From Patescibacteria group bacterium (lineage in GTDB: Bacteria; Patescibacteriota; Microgenomatia; UBA1400; PJMF01), in contig BOKR01000001.1 in NCBI GenBank assembly GCA_016861085.1, positions 131,271-195,270 on the forward strand: a DNA stretch of 64,000 nt, given 5' to 3'. The notes under the pieces were generated by a model that was not told where the DNA came from, searched no databases, and saw only the letters and a list, made by a program, of their open reading frames with translations. Below, one piece after another: positions 62,790 to 64,000 of this stretch. The number at the start of each line of letters is the position of its first letter. The stretch's first letter is position 1. A program made the translations under genes and the position numbers.

Positions 62790-63209
62790 TTATTCTGCAG
62801 TAGGAGTTTCAGTTTCTGCAACTGGTTCCTCTGGAGCGGCTGGTGCTTCGGCTACTTCTTCAGTTGCTTTAGCTTCTACTTCAGTCGGTGCTGTTTCTTT
62901 TGCTTCTTTAGCTGCGGCTGCTTTTGCGACTGCTTTTTTAGAAAGTTTCTTTGGTTTTTCTGGGAATGGGTTGCCTGATTCAACTCGTTTTGCCAATGCA
63001 GCAACGGTATCTGTAGGTTGTGCGCCTTTTTTAAGCCATTCATTGAATGCTTTTAAATCGAGATCCAAAATTTTTGGAACAGCGGTTGGTGCGTAGTGCC
63101 CTAGTAAGGCAATGTATTGTCCGTCTCTTTTTGATCGAGCTTCATTGACGATAATACGGAAATGAGGCTGATTTCTTTTACCAAAGCGAGCTAATTTGAT
63201 TCTTAACAT
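62790..63209 (-). CDS. rpsP: 30S ribosomal protein S16
   Basis: IKLARFGKRNQP.FRI, RDG, WLKKGAQPTDTV. Confidence 0.97.
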   Translation of the reverse strand: MLRIKLARFGKRNQPHFRIIVNEARSKRDGQYIALLGHYAPTAVPKILDLDLKAFNEWLKKGAQPTDTVAALAKRVESGNPFPEKPKKLSKKAVAKAAAAKEAKETAPTEVEAKATEEVAEAPAAPEEPVAETETPTAE

Positions 63210-63288
63210 GATTGTGTTCTCTTCATTAATTACTAATTTTCACTCAAGAGTTGGAATTATACTCTAAACCCAAGAATTTCTCAAGTGG

Positions 63289-63954
63289 TTACTCTTGTGT
63301 ATACTTTTTTACTGCTTCTCTTGCTGCGGCTTGTTGAGCATGTTGTTTACTTTTTCCTGAACCCCTGCCGACAACTGAGTTACCCACACTCACTGTAACC
63401 GTGAATTCTTTGTCGTGATCTGGACCGACTTCAGTAATTACTTCATACGTTGGAGTTTCAAAACCAAGTGCTTGCACTACTTCTTGCAGGTAGCTTTTTG
63501 CATCTTTGTATAATTTTTTTTCAATGATTTCATCGATATGTGGAAAAAGAATTTCAGCAAGTAGCTTTGCTGCAGCATCAAATCCTTGATCGAGGTACAA
63601 AGCACCAAGGAACGCTTCTAGTGTGTCGGCAAGAATACCATTATTACTGCGACCGCCAGTTGCTTCCTCACCCTTGCTCATGTGTAATTTTTCTCCAAGG
63701 CCAAGTTCGGTAGCGACTTTTCCAAGCGTTACTGTTTTGACCAGTGCGCTTCTGTATGCAGTGAGAGTACCTTCTGGATCTTCAGGATATCGGTCATATA
63801 GAAATCGAGTGGTAGCCAGTTCAAGAACCGCGTCTCCAAGAAACTCTAGGCGTTCATTAGAAACAGCTGCAGTGGTATTTTTTTCGTTCAGTGCACTTCT
63901 GTGAGTGAGTGCTGTTTCGAGTAGTTCTTGATTGTTAAATGATGGTAATTTCAT
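63289..63954 (-). CDS. rnc: Ribonuclease III
   Basis: ALTHRS, NERLEFLGDAVL, EAFLGALYLD, dsRBD. Confidence 0.97.
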   Translation of the reverse strand: MKLPSFNNQELLETALTHRSALNEKNTTAAVSNERLEFLGDAVLELATTRFLYDRYPEDPEGTLTAYRSALVKTVTLGKVATELGLGEKLHMSKGEEATGGRSNNGILADTLEAFLGALYLDQGFDAAAKLLAEILFPHIDEIIEKKLYKDAKSYLQEVVQALGFETPTYEVITEVGPDHDKEFTVTVSVGNSVVGRGSGKSKQHAQQAAAREAVKKYTQE

Positions 63955-64000
63955 ATATGGTTAGCCCAAATTCTGTTATCCTAAAAATGCTTCTTCATGG

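Overview
Chromosomal window from a small-genome bacterium, most consistent with Patescibacteria/CPR (Microgenomates-like: short EF-Ts, single Xer recombinase, large type IV pilus locus, -10 boxes abutting start codons). The lineage call is inference. Contents: housekeeping genes (glyA, nfo, folD, rpsB-tsf, eno, queA/tgt, yebC, gyrB-ppaC-gyrA, holB-like, khpA-rpsP-rnc), tRNA-Ala(GGC), and an xer gene next to a dif-like site. A type IV pilus cluster is split by a ~20 kb block carrying surface proteins and a nitrogen/arginine/sulfur-related metabolic island. The strongest unexplained signals are non-coding. (1) A four-copy ~100 bp composite element: CIRCE-like palindrome, exact 22-nt spacer, TTG-N6-CAA, and (in three copies) a TGATAT direct repeat; no copy sits at a chaperone gene. 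(2) Two tandem leader-peptide attenuators, each with a Trp codon, back-to-back with an ultrashort-Stem-I Arg T-box riboswitch. (3) Unannotated small membrane peptides behind long structured, boxA-like leaders. All calls are by eye, with no database searches.
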